A stretch of DNA of 44,177 nucleotides from an uncultured Prevotella sp. (GCA_900314365.1 OMVH01000193.1:1-44177), one strand, 5' to 3'; shown: positions 8,525 through 18,573, counted from the stretch's first letter. The notes: generated from the letters alone by a model not told the origin. Translations and numbers: made by a program.

Positions 8525-10210
8525 CTACTCCAAGGTTTGGGTCTTGAGAAGTTGCTTCGGACAATAGTTGTAACCGGCAAGGCGCCAGAATCTGGTATCA
8601 GCCGACACCCTGCGACGGAAGTCTTCATAGTTCTTCCTTGCCTTGGAAGTCCACCCAGCCTCAGCAATAGCTATCAGACGCGGCAAAGCCAGATATTCGA
8701 GATAGCGATTGTCTGAGACATGCTCGGTCCAGAAGGTTGCCAACACTCCTTTATAATGCTTTCCGTACCCAGCCTCAAGGTCAGCCGGAACAGGCTCTGC
8801 GGCATAAGTCACTGAGAGACTGTCGGCGCCGTTGCCTGCGGCATCGGGCTCATCAGCATCGGTGCTCTGCTTGCGGTTGATATAATAGGGCCCATAGAAT
8901 GAGATTATATTGTCGAGTCCCATGCTGGAAGCTTTTCGTGCCCCAGCAGCAGCCGGGTTCCAGCAGTAGACTGTAGGACCGGCCTTTTTCACATCGTCAA
9001 GCCCTGCATCCTTGGCTGTTATGGCCTCATTCCACACACAGGTATGACATCCTTTTCCCTTTAAGAACTCAGCCATCTCAAGAATGAAACGGCTCTGAAG
9101 AGCACGGAAGCTTGGAAGCCCCTCACGACTGACTAAGGCCTGGCAAAGCTCGTTTTTCTCCCACGCCGCTGTGGGGCATTCGTCACCGCCAATGTGTATC
9201 TGCTTCGAGGGAAAGAGCGGAATGAGCTCTGAAAGGATATCCTTGGCAAATTGGACAGCAGCGGGATTGGCCACGTTGAGCACATCCTCGGAAATACCCC
9301 ATCCAGTCCAAACCTTATGCTCTCCTTGGGGTGTACAGCTGAACTCCGGATAAGCGGTCATAGCGGCTGTGAAATGACCGGGCATGTCGACCTCGGGAAT
9401 AACCTCTATATGAAGTTTGCGGGCGTAGGCTACAACATCCTTTATCTCTTCCTGCGTGTAGAAGTAAGGACCGTAGGGCTTACGCAACCAGTAAACACCT
9501 TTATCCATATCAACGAAACGACTGTCCTCTGCCACTGAGCCCACAGAGGTCAGCCTTGGATACTTCTTGATTTCTACTCTCCAGCCCTGGTCATCAGTGA
9601 GATGCCAGTGGAAACGATTCATCTTGTAGTCAGCCATCAGACGGAGCATCTTCTTTACCTCGTCAGTAGTGAAGAAGTGGCGCGACACGTCGAGCATAAA
9701 GCCACGATAGGGGAAGCGCGGTGCATCGACAATCTCGACTGCAGGCAGAGTAAGAGCTTTCAAACTGACATCTTCTTTTCCTGCCAACACTTGGGCTGGC
9801 ATCAGATGCATCAGCGAACGGAAAGCGTAAAAGAATCCCGACGAGGTGGAGGCTGTCACTTGAATACCGCGGGAATTCAATCTCAGCCGATAACCCTCCG
9901 CTGGAATGGAGGCCTCGAAACGAAGTTGCATAAAGGCCTTTGCCGATCCACTGCTTAAACGTGGTCGCAACGAGGTGGCAGCAACGAGATGCTCTATAAA
10001 AACGCGGGCCTCAGCAACGAGGCTGTCAGGTAAATGATTGGTACTCACCACAAAGCCCTGACGCAAACGACAGCTACCTTCAAGCATCTGTACCGACACG
10101 GGCCGCGGAGTGATGTTCACAGTCGACTGGGCCGCCATAACAGAACCAGAGGGCAGCATAAAGAGGAAGGCCACAAGGACCTTCCACCAATTTCCTTGAA
10201 TACTCATCAT
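8525..10210 (-). CDS. Beta-N-acetylhexosaminidase (GH20)
   Basis: Motifs PRFPYRGFMLDVSRHF, FHWHLTDDQGWR, PEVDMPGH, catalytic HIGGDE and WTE; signal peptide. Confidence 0.95.
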   Translation of the reverse strand: MMSIQGNWWKVLVAFLFMLPSGSVMAAQSTVNITPRPVSVQMLEGSCRLRQGFVVSTNHLPDSLVAEARVFIEHLVAATSLRPRLSSGSAKAFMQLRFEASIPAEGYRLRLNSRGIQVTASTSSGFFYAFRSLMHLMPAQVLAGKEDVSLKALTLPAVEIVDAPRFPYRGFMLDVSRHFFTTDEVKKMLRLMADYKMNRFHWHLTDDQGWRVEIKKYPRLTSVGSVAEDSRFVDMDKGVYWLRKPYGPYFYTQEEIKDVVAYARKLHIEVIPEVDMPGHFTAAMTAYPEFSCTPQGEHKVWTGWGISEDVLNVANPAAVQFAKDILSELIPLFPSKQIHIGGDECPTAAWEKNELCQALVSREGLPSFRALQSRFILEMAEFLKGKGCHTCVWNEAITAKDAGLDDVKKAGPTVYCWNPAAAGARKASSMGLDNIISFYGPYYINRKQSTDADEPDAAGNGADSLSVTYAAEPVPADLEAGYGKHYKGVLATFWTEHVSDNRYLEYLALPRLIAIAEAGWTSKARKNYEDFRRRVSADTRFWRLAGYNYCPKQLLKTQTLE

Positions 10211-10243
10211 GCTGTTTTGTTACTTTGAGTCAAGCCATCAACA

Positions 10244-12211
10244 TCAAATCTTTCCCGTCAGAAGTTCCTTGAGAAAGGGACGGAGCACCTTGGCTGAAGG
10301 CTCCGCCTGACGTAATACAAGCTTTATGTCGCTTCCCATGCCTGTAAGTATCTTGAATTGGTAAGTGGGGTCTACATCGATTCCTGAAGCTTTCTTGAAA
10401 GCTACTGCAGCCTTACCCTTGAGCTGTTTCCCATCAATAGGAGCTCCACTCTTGCTACGAGCCTCTACAAGATCAGCACTCCATTCGGTCATATCGCGGA
10501 GCTTGATAACCCACGGACGAATATCCTCCCACATCAAGCGATCGGAAGCAGAGGCCGACTCGCCGAGCTTAGCCAGAGCCACTGCGGCTCTGTTCACCTT
10601 CTTCAGCTCATCGAGCAGAGGCTGGGCTTCGGCGGTATTAGCCCGCCAGGTTCTGATAGCCGCAGCAAGTGCCGACTCACCGTCGAAGTAGCGGAGGTTG
10701 TCAACAGCATCCTGAAAATAAGGCGAAAGCCGAGAACCAAAGATTGCATCGGAAGCAGCCTGCCAAGCCTTCATATTGTCGAACGACGACATGTTCCAGC
10801 TGTAATCGGCCACACTGAAGAGAGCCACTTTACTACCTTCTCCCTGCTGCATGGGATTGCAGATGAGTGTCTTCACTCCCTTCATGTCAGCAGATAGACG
10901 GGCCTTGCTGTCTATCCACGCCTCGTCGGCAAAGTTATTGTACGTGTCGGCCATGAACAGTTTGGTCACATCGTTGTCATTGCATGGATAATTCCACCAC
11001 CAGGCTACATCGCGACCGAGCCAGCTCTTTACAAGGGCAGGGTCGTGGGTATTAGGCACTGTCCACACAGCTGCGCCTGTTATATAGATATTGGTCTTCT
11101 GAGGAGTGGACGAGAGCGACTGGAAAAAACGCTCAGCCTTGTCGCGCTTGACCCATGAGTAGGCGTAGAGCTGGGGCACGTAGTTGAGAGCCTTCACTGT
11201 GTCGGCGGCATTAGTTCCGGGCTTGTTCCATCGATTATCGACCAAATGCTGAAGTTCCGTGAGTCTGCGTGCCGCGAGATTAAGACTCGCCGTATCGTCA
11301 GGCACTCCGCAGTCGTCCACGAAAACGCCGAACTGCCGCAGGCCAAGGTTGTGCATAGCTTGGAACTTACCCATAGTCCGTTCGAGGACATTGGGTTGAG
11401 CCGGATCGACAAAAGCAGTGCCCGGATGGATAGCCCAAATGAAATTCACTTTGCACTTGTGGGCCACCTCCACCATCGACTGCATCATTCCAGCCGTCAT
11501 GTAACCTATTTCGCGCTGCGCTTCCGTGATTGTAGTAGGATAAGGCTGATCCCAAGCCTTGGAATGATAAGGGTCGCTCTTGGCTCCATACATGTAGGTA
11601 TTCATCTTGTAGCGAGCCATAAATCGGAACAGGTCCTCGGTCACTTCCTTAGTGTAAGGCACGCCATAATAGCCTTCAATGATGCCACGGTCGCGGATGT
11701 CAGCATAGTCGACGATGTCGACAGTAGGCATAGCCCGTTTCACTTCGTCGAGCATCTGTTCGAGAGAAGCCAAGCCACAGAAGACCGCATCGGTATTTTC
11801 GCCTAAGATGACCATTCTCCATCGGCCCTCCTCACTGCGTAGCGAGAGCAGGTGACGGTCGTATTTTGGTTTGTTGAATACATCGCGTGGCAGACTCCAC
11901 CTCGTAGCCAGTCCGTCGGCAGCATCGTTCCTTCCGTTGACTCCAAGGAGAAGGACGGCTCCTTCCTCAGGCATCGACTCAGCGACAGCCGATTTGATAG
12001 CGTGCTCTGCAAGAATCTCCTGTGCACGGCTTACGGTGACAGCATCGATATCCGGCCCTGCCACCACCGTCACCTTCCCGGGCTTCCTCACATTCTGCCC
12101 TGTGGCAGAGATGTTGTGAGGCGTTGGCCAAATGGTGTAAGGCTGGCCTGCAAGGATGCGTAAGGCCGGGAAAACTAAACTCAGCATTAGCAAAAGTGTT
12201 CTCAGTCTCAT
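10244..12211 (-). CDS. Beta-N-acetylglucosaminidase / hyaluronidase-like (GH84) with GH20b-like N-terminal domain
   Basis: Motifs RGIIEGYYG.P, KMNTYMYGAKSDPYH, WAIHPG, catalytic FVDD, WWNYPCND and NPMQ. Confidence 0.92.
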   Translation of the reverse strand: MRLRTLLLMLSLVFPALRILAGQPYTIWPTPHNISATGQNVRKPGKVTVVAGPDIDAVTVSRAQEILAEHAIKSAVAESMPEEGAVLLLGVNGRNDAADGLATRWSLPRDVFNKPKYDRHLLSLRSEEGRWRMVILGENTDAVFCGLASLEQMLDEVKRAMPTVDIVDYADIRDRGIIEGYYGVPYTKEVTEDLFRFMARYKMNTYMYGAKSDPYHSKAWDQPYPTTITEAQREIGYMTAGMMQSMVEVAHKCKVNFIWAIHPGTAFVDPAQPNVLERTMGKFQAMHNLGLRQFGVFVDDCGVPDDTASLNLAARRLTELQHLVDNRWNKPGTNAADTVKALNYVPQLYAYSWVKRDKAERFFQSLSSTPQKTNIYITGAAVWTVPNTHDPALVKSWLGRDVAWWWNYPCNDNDVTKLFMADTYNNFADEAWIDSKARLSADMKGVKTLICNPMQQGEGSKVALFSVADYSWNMSSFDNMKAWQAASDAIFGSRLSPYFQDAVDNLRYFDGESALAAAIRTWRANTAEAQPLLDELKKVNRAAVALAKLGESASASDRLMWEDIRPWVIKLRDMTEWSADLVEARSKSGAPIDGKQLKGKAAVAFKKASGIDVDPTYQFKILTGMGSDIKLVLRQAEPSAKVLRPFLKELLTGKI

Positions 12212-12271
12212 GTTCTTTTCTGTTTATTGAATAATTAGCTATAAAAAGTGATAGATGTAAGTCTGAACCTT

Positions 12272-12301
12272 AAAAGGCAGCTCGCATCACTGCGCGCTGC
12301 C
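12272..12301 (-). terminator. Intrinsic terminator after the vor operon
   Basis: The minus strand reads GGCAGCGCGCA-GTGA-TGCGAGCTGCC-TTTT, with a GNRA loop. Confidence 0.75.
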
Positions 12302-12334
12302 CATCAAAATTAGAGAGTTATAAAAAACAAGTTA

Positions 12335-12877
12335 TTATTGTTTGACAATAATCTTCATTCCTTCGTCCACAGCCTGCATGTTGAGTGGAATCATGTTGTG
12401 GTGGCGCTCAGGAAGCGTTTTATAGAGGGCTTTGTTCAGTCCTTCGGTACTCACCACCGGACAGACCTTTAGCAAGCCGCCGAGGACAATCATATTGAAG
12501 ACCTTAGCATTCTTCATCTCAGCCGCCTTGTCCATGGCATCAATCCTATAGACTGTGATGTCCTTACGTGCAGGCGGATTGATGACACCGTAGCCGTCGT
12601 AAATAAGAATACCTCCAGGCTTCACCTTGGGTTCAAACTTATCCAACGAAGGCTGGTTGAGAACTATGGCCACATCGTACTTGCTCAATATCGGTGAGCT
12701 GATGCGGTCGTCACTGACGATGACCGTCACGTTGGCGGTGCCTCCGCGCTGTTCCGGACCGTAGGCAGGCATCCACGTGACCTCCTTGCCTTCCATCAAA
12801 CCGGAGTAAGCGAGAATCTTGCCCATAGAGAGCACACCCTGACCGCCGAAACCTGATATAATAATCTCCTTCTTCAT
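12335..12877 (-). CDS. 2-oxoacid:acceptor oxidoreductase gamma subunit
   Basis: Motifs GFGGQGV, PAYGPEQRGGTA and NMIVLG. Confidence 0.95.
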   Translation of the reverse strand: MKKEIIISGFGGQGVLSMGKILAYSGLMEGKEVTWMPAYGPEQRGGTANVTVIVSDDRISSPILSKYDVAIVLNQPSLDKFEPKVKPGGILIYDGYGVINPPARKDITVYRIDAMDKAAEMKNAKVFNMIVLGGLLKVCPVVSTEGLNKALYKTLPERHHNMIPLNMQAVDEGMKIIVKQ

Positions 12878-13641
12878 TCGTCCAACGTATTCTTTAAGTC
12901 GCCTTTGACATACTCTTTAAACATGTGCTCCTCCATCCACTGGTTAGCCTTCACTGGCGATAGTTTCCAGCCACTGTTGCATGTGGAGACAATTTCAACG
13001 AGAGAGGATCCCTTGCCCTGCATCGAAGCCGTGAAAGCTTTCTTGATGGCTGCCTTGGCCTTGCGGATGGCAGCTACGGTCTCCACGCTCTGTCGCGTGA
13101 CGTAGCACGTACCCTGCAGGTGGGAGGCAAGTTCTGTGATATTAAGCGGATAGCCATGCAGCTCCGGGTCGCGGCCATAGGGGCAAGTACTCGTCTTCTG
13201 GCCAATGAGTGTTGTCGGTGCCATTTGTCCTCCGGTCATACCGTAAATGGCATTGTTGATAAAGATGATGCAGATGTTCTCTCCCCGGTTGAGCGCATGA
13301 ATAGTCTCACACGTACCGATACAAGCCAGGTCACCGTCGCCCTGATAGGTGAAGACCAGTCGGTCGGGCCAAAGCCGCTTGATGGCAGTGGCCACCGAAG
13401 GTGCGCGCCCGTGAGCGGCTTCCTGCCAGTCGATGTCGAGATAGCGGTAGGCGAAGACGGCACAACCCACAGGGCAGACACCGACGGCCTTGTCCTCCAT
13501 CCCCATTTCTTCTATTACCTCAGCCACGAGCTTATGCACCTCGCCATGGGAACATCCCGGGCAATAATGCATAGGTGTATCATTCATAAGCGTTGGCTTC
13601 GCGTACACCAGATTTTCGGGTGCTATGATGTCATTATTCAT
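12874..13641 (-). CDS. 2-oxoacid:ferredoxin oxidoreductase beta (TPP-binding) subunit
   Basis: Motifs YCPGCSHG, HGRA, QGDGD and NNAIYGMTGGQMAPT. Confidence 0.95.
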   Translation of the reverse strand: MNNDIIAPENLVYAKPTLMNDTPMHYCPGCSHGEVHKLVAEVIEEMGMEDKAVGVCPVGCAVFAYRYLDIDWQEAAHGRAPSVATAIKRLWPDRLVFTYQGDGDLACIGTCETIHALNRGENICIIFINNAIYGMTGGQMAPTTLIGQKTSTCPYGRDPELHGYPLNITELASHLQGTCYVTRQSVETVAAIRKAKAAIKKAFTASMQGKGSSLVEIVSTCNSGWKLSPVKANQWMEEHMFKEYVKGDLKNTLDE

Positions 13642-13691
13642 AATGTTCGCGTCTTTTAATAATCCTATACGAAAGTTTCCCTTTGAGTAGC

Positions 13692-14765
13692 TCAGAGTTT
13701 CTTGAGAGCCTCTACTATCTCCTCAGGTTCAGGCACGATGCCTCCGAGTCGTCCGAAGTGCTCTACCTTTACCTTACCGTTGATGGCGAGCTTCACATCC
13801 TGAATCATCTGTCCTGCATTGATTTCAGAAACCAGGACACCCTTCTTGCCTTCGGCCACACGTGCTATCTCCTTGGATGGGAAAGGCCAAAGCGTGATGG
13901 GCCGGAAGAGCCCTACCTTCATACCCTCGGCACGTGCTATCTCAACAGCCTTTTCACCAATGCGGGCAGCACTTCCAAAACTCACGAGCACGTAGTCGGC
14001 ATCGTCAAGCTGCTGTTCCTCGAAGCGCACCTCATTTCGCTCAGCCTCGGCATATTTTTCCTGGAGATGAAGATTGCGCACCTCCATGACCTCGGGCTTC
14101 AGTTCGAGTGATGTGAGAATATTGGGCTGGCGGTCCTTCGTACGGCCTATAGTTGCCCAAGGGCACTGCTGCCGTATTTCCTCCTCGGTGCGGCGCTTCT
14201 TGAAAGGCGGCAACACCACCTTCTCCATCATCTGGCCGATGACGCCGTCGGAAAGAATCATCACGGGATTGCGATACTTGAAGGCCAGGTCGAAAGCCAA
14301 GTCCACGAAGTCGGCCATCTCCTGCACAGAGTTGGGAGCCAACACAATAACGTGATAATCGCCATTGCCACCGCCACGCGTAGCCTGGAAATAGTCGCTC
14401 TGAGAGGGTTGAATGGTCCCCAGTCCGGGGCCTCCACGCTGCACGTTGACTATGAGTGCAGGAATCTCAGACCCTGCCATATAGGCTATACCCTCCTGCA
14501 TGAGGGCCACACCGGGTGACGATGACGATGTCATGACCCGCTTGCCGGCACCACCTCCGCCATAGAGCATATTCACTGCCGACACCTCGCTCTCAGCCTG
14601 CAGCACCACCATACCGGTGGTTTCCCAAGGCTTGAGCTGTGCAAGTGTCTCAAGCACCTCACTCTGAGGTGTTATGGGATAGCCGAAATAGCCGTCGCAC
14701 CCGCAGCGGATGGCTGCGCGGGCGAGAGCCTCATTACCTTTCATCAAAACTGCTTCTTCTGCCAT
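13692..14765 (-). CDS. vorB: 3-methyl-2-oxobutanoate dehydrogenase-type alpha subunit (VorB)
   Basis: Motifs MKGNEA, FGYPITPQSE, QAESE, TSSSSPG and QRGGPGLG. Confidence 0.92.
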   Translation of the reverse strand: MAEEAVLMKGNEALARAAIRCGCDGYFGYPITPQSEVLETLAQLKPWETTGMVVLQAESEVSAVNMLYGGGGAGKRVMTSSSSPGVALMQEGIAYMAGSEIPALIVNVQRGGPGLGTIQPSQSDYFQATRGGGNGDYHVIVLAPNSVQEMADFVDLAFDLAFKYRNPVMILSDGVIGQMMEKVVLPPFKKRRTEEEIRQQCPWATIGRTKDRQPNILTSLELKPEVMEVRNLHLQEKYAEAERNEVRFEEQQLDDADYVLVSFGSAARIGEKAVEIARAEGMKVGLFRPITLWPFPSKEIARVAEGKKGVLVSEINAGQMIQDVKLAINGKVKVEHFGRLGGIVPEPEEIVEALKKL

Positions 14766-14768
14766 CGT

Positions 14769-15002
14769 TCAGTCCTCCACTTTCTTTTTGTAAACAGTAA
14801 TACATCCGTCCGGGCACACAATTCCGCACGAGGCGCAGCCGATACAATCGTCGGGATGCAAGGCCTCGACATAAGGATAGCCATGGACGTTCACTTTCTT
14901 CTGAGCCAATGCAATTACATGCTTCGGGCAAGCCACGATGCACAGCTGACAGCCTTTACAGCGGTCGGCGTTGACTACAATGGCACCTTTGATTTTGCTC
15001 AT
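14769..15002 (-). CDS. 2x[4Fe-4S] ferredoxin (oxidoreductase delta subunit)
   Basis: CKGCQLCIVACP and CIGCASCGIVCP. Start trimmed to MSKIKG. Confidence 0.93.
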   Translation of the reverse strand: MSKIKGAIVVNADRCKGCQLCIVACPKHVIALAQKKVNVHGYPYVEALHPDDCIGCASCGIVCPDGCITVYKKKVED

Positions 15003-15045
15003 AATAATATAGTCTTTAAGTTTAACTTTTTTCGTTCCCTTTTTT

Positions 15046-15225
15046 TCAAGGGTTGTAAGCGTCCTTGTTGTAGAAGTCGAGGATGTCGATGAGCATCTGG
15101 CGTGCTTCCACGGCGGGCGATTCAGGGTCAAGGGCTATGGCCTCCATGTAGCAGTTGAGGGCTTTCTGCCAGTCGCCATGGCGACGGTGGTCATTCCCCT
15201 GAAGATACCATTCAGCGGCTGTCAT
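15046..15225 (-). CDS. Small single-TPR protein (59 aa)
   Basis: WYLQGND...[20 protein letters not shown] matches the TPR consensus. The start overlaps the folD stop (ATGA). Confidence 0.85.
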   Translation of the reverse strand: MTAAEWYLQGNDHRRHGDWQKALNCYMEAIALDPESPAVEARQMLIDILDFYNKDAYNP

Positions 15226-16100
15226 TTGTAGTACTCCTTTCTTGCTGCAGCAAGCGTGTTCTTCATGAGGGAGCATATCGTCATGGGACCCACGCCGCCG
15301 GGCACGGGAGTGATGAAACTACACTTTGAAGCCACTTCACTGAACTTCACATCGCCATTGAGGCGATAACCGCGCTTCCTGGTAGCATCGGGCACGCGCG
15401 TGGTGCCGACATCGATGACCACAGCGCCCTCTTTCACCATGTCGGCAGTAACGAAGTCCGGACGGCCTATGGCGGCTATGATAATATCTGCCCTGCGGCA
15501 CTCCTCTTTCAGGTCAGCTGAATGGGAGTGGCAGACGGTGACTGTGGAGTCGCCATACTGCTTCTGCATCATGATCTGTGCCATGGGCTTGCCCACAATG
15601 TTGCTACGGCCTAGGATAACGCATTTCTTGCCCGATGTCTCTATCTTATAATGCCTGAGCAACGTGTAGATGCCTAAAGGCGTAGCCGAGATGAAGCAGG
15701 GCAGACCTATGGCCATACGCCCGACATTGACAGGGTGGAAGCCGTCGACATCCTTACGATAGTCAATGGCCATGATGATTTTCTGCTCGTCAATGTGCTT
15801 GGGCAGGGGTAGCTGGACAATAAAACCGTCGACGTTATCATCCTTGTTGAGCTTGTCAACGCAGGCCAGCAGCTCCTCCTCTGTCACGTCGTCCTCATAG
15901 CGGATGAGTGTTGACTTGAAGCCACACTGCTCGCAGGCTATCACCTTATTTTTTACGTAGGTCTCCGAACCACCGTCGTGCCCGACAAGCACGGCAGCCA
16001 AATGGGGCGGGCGGCAACCTGAGGCTACCATGCGCCTCACTTCCTCCGCTATCTCTGCCTTTATGGCTGTGGCCGTGGCCTTTCCGTCAATCAAAGTCAT
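15222..16100 (-). CDS. folD: Methylenetetrahydrofolate dehydrogenase/cyclohydrolase
   Basis: Motifs [29 protein letters not shown] and [11 protein letters not shown]. Confidence 0.98.
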   Translation of the reverse strand: MTLIDGKATATAIKAEIAEEVRRMVASGCRPPHLAAVLVGHDGGSETYVKNKVIACEQCGFKSTLIRYEDDVTEEELLACVDKLNKDDNVDGFIVQLPLPKHIDEQKIIMAIDYRKDVDGFHPVNVGRMAIGLPCFISATPLGIYTLLRHYKIETSGKKCVILGRSNIVGKPMAQIMMQKQYGDSTVTVCHSHSADLKEECRRADIIIAAIGRPDFVTADMVKEGAVVIDVGTTRVPDATRKRGYRLNGDVKFSEVASKCSFITPVPGGVGPMTICSLMKNTLAAARKEYYK

Positions 16101-16181
16101 AATAAACTATTTTTGTATATCTTGCAATCGGTTCTTACCTCTTAGGCAACTGATTCACAGCACCCAAGAGATAATCATTCT

Positions 16182-17525
16182 TCAGGCCTGGGGCATTCCC
16201 TTGAAGCCCTTCATTCGGGCTGCCATGCCCTTCATGCCACCGCCGGCCACCATGCGCATCATCTTGCGAGTCTGGTCGAACTGCTTGATGAGCTTGTTCA
16301 CCTCCTGGATATTCGTACCACTACCCTTGGCAATGCGCTGCCGACGGCTGGAGTTAAGCAACTCCGGATTGGTGCGCTCAGCGGGAGTCATACTGCGAAT
16401 GATGGCCTCTACCCCCTTGAAGGCATTGTCGTCGATGTCGACATCCTTAATGGCCTTGCCCACTCCGGGAATCATGGAGGCAAGCTCCTTGAGGTTGCCC
16501 ATCTTCTTGATTTGCTCTATCTGACCGAGGAAGTCGTTGAAGTCGAACTTGTTTTTCTGAATCTTCTTCTGCAACTTGCGTGCTTCCTCTTCGTCGAATT
16601 GCTCCTGAGCACGCTCCACCAGTGAGACCACATCACCCATACCGAGGATACGGTCGGCCATACGCTCGGGATGGAAGACATCAATGGCCTCCATCTTCTC
16701 ACCCGTTCCGATGAACTTGATGGGTTTGGTGACCACGGTGCGAATGCTAAGAGCTGCACCACCGCGGGTATCACCGTCGAGCTTCGTGAGCACCACACCG
16801 TCGAAGTTCAGACGGTCGTTGAACTCCTTGGCTGTGTTGACGGCATCCTGTCCGGTCATGGAATCAACCACGAAGAGCGTCTCGTCGGGGTTAACGGCTT
16901 CCTTGAGCGATGCGATCTCGTTCATCATCTCCTCGTCGACGGCAAGTCGGCCTGCGGTATCGATGATTACGGTGTCGTAGCTCTTGGCCTTGGCTTCCTG
17001 GATAGCATGGCGGGCAATGCTCACCACATCCTTACTTTCGGGTTCCGAATAAACCGGCACATCAATCTGCGCACCGACAACCTTCAGCTGTTCGATGGCT
17101 GCGGGACGATAAACATCGCAGGCCACGAGCAAGGGGTTGCGGTTTTGCTTCTTACGCAGCATGTTGGCCAGCTTTCCACTGAAGGTAGTCTTACCGGAAC
17201 CCTGCAAGCCGCTCATTAGGATAATGGCAGGACGGCTCTTGAGATTGAGTCCCACGGCCTCGCCACCCATGAGGCGAGCCAGTTCGTCATGGACAAGCTT
17301 CACCATGAGCTGCCCGGGTTTGACAGCTGTGAGCACATTCATGCCCAAAGCCTTCTTCTTCACGTCGTCGGTAAACGACTTGGCCACTTTATAGTTGACA
17401 TCCGCGTCAAGCAAAGCACGACGCACGTCCTTCAAGGTCTCGGCTACATTGATCTCTGTAATTTTGCCCTCGCCCTTGAGGATTTTGAACGATCGTTCCA
17501 GCCTTTCGCTTAAGTTCTCAAACAT
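16182..17525 (-). CDS. ffh: Signal recognition particle protein
   Basis: Motifs GLQGSGKTT, DTAGR, TKLDGDTRGGAALS and the M-domain RRQRIAKGSG. Confidence 0.98.
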   Translation of the reverse strand: MFENLSERLERSFKILKGEGKITEINVAETLKDVRRALLDADVNYKVAKSFTDDVKKKALGMNVLTAVKPGQLMVKLVHDELARLMGGEAVGLNLKSRPAIILMSGLQGSGKTTFSGKLANMLRKKQNRNPLLVACDVYRPAAIEQLKVVGAQIDVPVYSEPESKDVVSIARHAIQEAKAKSYDTVIIDTAGRLAVDEEMMNEIASLKEAVNPDETLFVVDSMTGQDAVNTAKEFNDRLNFDGVVLTKLDGDTRGGAALSIRTVVTKPIKFIGTGEKMEAIDVFHPERMADRILGMGDVVSLVERAQEQFDEEEARKLQKKIQKNKFDFNDFLGQIEQIKKMGNLKELASMIPGVGKAIKDVDIDDNAFKGVEAIIRSMTPAERTNPELLNSSRRQRIAKGSGTNIQEVNKLIKQFDQTRKMMRMVAGGGMKGMAARMKGFKGMPQA

Positions 17526-17560
17526 GTTTTAATCTTAGTCTCTAATTGTTGTCAATTATG

Positions 17561-17568
17561 CAAATGTA
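17561..17568 (-). promoter_or_regulatory. -7 promoter element of the ffh operon
   Basis: The minus strand reads TACATTTG(CA) 35 nt upstream of the ffh ATG. Confidence 0.6.
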
Positions 17569-17892
17569 CTAATTAAAAAAAAAGTGACAAAGGCTTGCCG
17601 TCTTTTTTATATTATTTTAAAGTATAGCAACGGCGAAACTTCTTTACTCCACTGTATGCCGACGGGAGGATAACTTTGAACAACACGATTGAGAAAACGC
17701 GCTATGCCCCGACTGCAACACGAAGACTGAGTTATGACGGAAAGTTCCTGTTACTACTATGATCAATGTTGTTCTTCCCGAAGTTTTCAGGACAGTACAA
17801 TGCACGATTCCATCGCTCCAATGCTGATAACGCGAAAAAAACTCTCTATCATACATGATTGGTTTCGTTTGAAGATGGAAAATATATGATGC

Positions 17893-18301
17893 AGAGAAAA
17901 CTATTTAACCCATGAAAGTACTTTACATTTTTCTTCCGCGAAAATCTTCGAAATAGAGATGATTGGGGGATTTGAGGAGCCTTTTCAGAGCACTTTTCGC
18001 TCGAGATCGGACCTCGAGAGCCTCGAGATAGGACTTCGAGAGCCTCGAGATAGGACTACGAGCGGCTGAAAGCATAGGGATTACAAGGCTAAAATAGGAC
18101 TATTTTGGGCCTAAAAAAGCACTTTCTGAGCTACCCCGATAGTAGCATTTTACCCAAACACATGATTTACAACAACTTAGAAAAGCTCCGTATTTTCGCG
18201 TATTTTGAGACCAATGTCGAGTTGCTGAAAAATAAGGCCACTTTTTGGGCCCTTTTTTGTCATTTATGTTTACAAACAAGGCTTATTTTCATATACTTTT
18301 C
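17893..18301. repeat. Dispersed ~410-bp non-coding element, copy A (contains 22-bp tandem array 18001-18132)
   Basis: Collinear with 37162-37571 at offset 19269-19270. Shared blocks are AAAGTACTTTACA, AAATAGAGA, the 22-bp units, CGTATTTTnGCGTATTTnGAGAC, GAGTTGCTGAAAAATAA and ACAAGGCTT. Confidence 0.88.
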
Positions 18302-18573
18302 GGCTCAGATGGTTTCCGAAGTGAACTAAATTAGGATTTGGAGTAAGAAAGTAGTATACAACTTGCTGTCCACAATGGGTTTACCGTTCCTGTTTTCGTC
18401 ACTATTTGGATAGGCTCTGTAGCTATTTATAATGTTCATTAATGTGGGAATTCAGGAAAAAGAGGTCGAAATAGACAGTCGTCCCCACGAAAGAATCCTC
18501 GAAGATGCGATTCTAACAAGACGTTTTTGTAAGTGGGTTCTCTATTACGATTTACTTTACCCACATTTTGAGG

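Noticed and set aside
17644-17856. 70-aa minus-strand ORF upstream of ffh
   Set aside because: No recognisable motif, and ffh has its own promoter downstream of it. It cannot be supported from sequence alone.
18001-18132. CRISPR array interpretation of the 22-bp repeats (also 28551-28640 and 37271-37402)
   Set aside because: The units are contiguous with no unique spacers, and there are no cas genes in the window.
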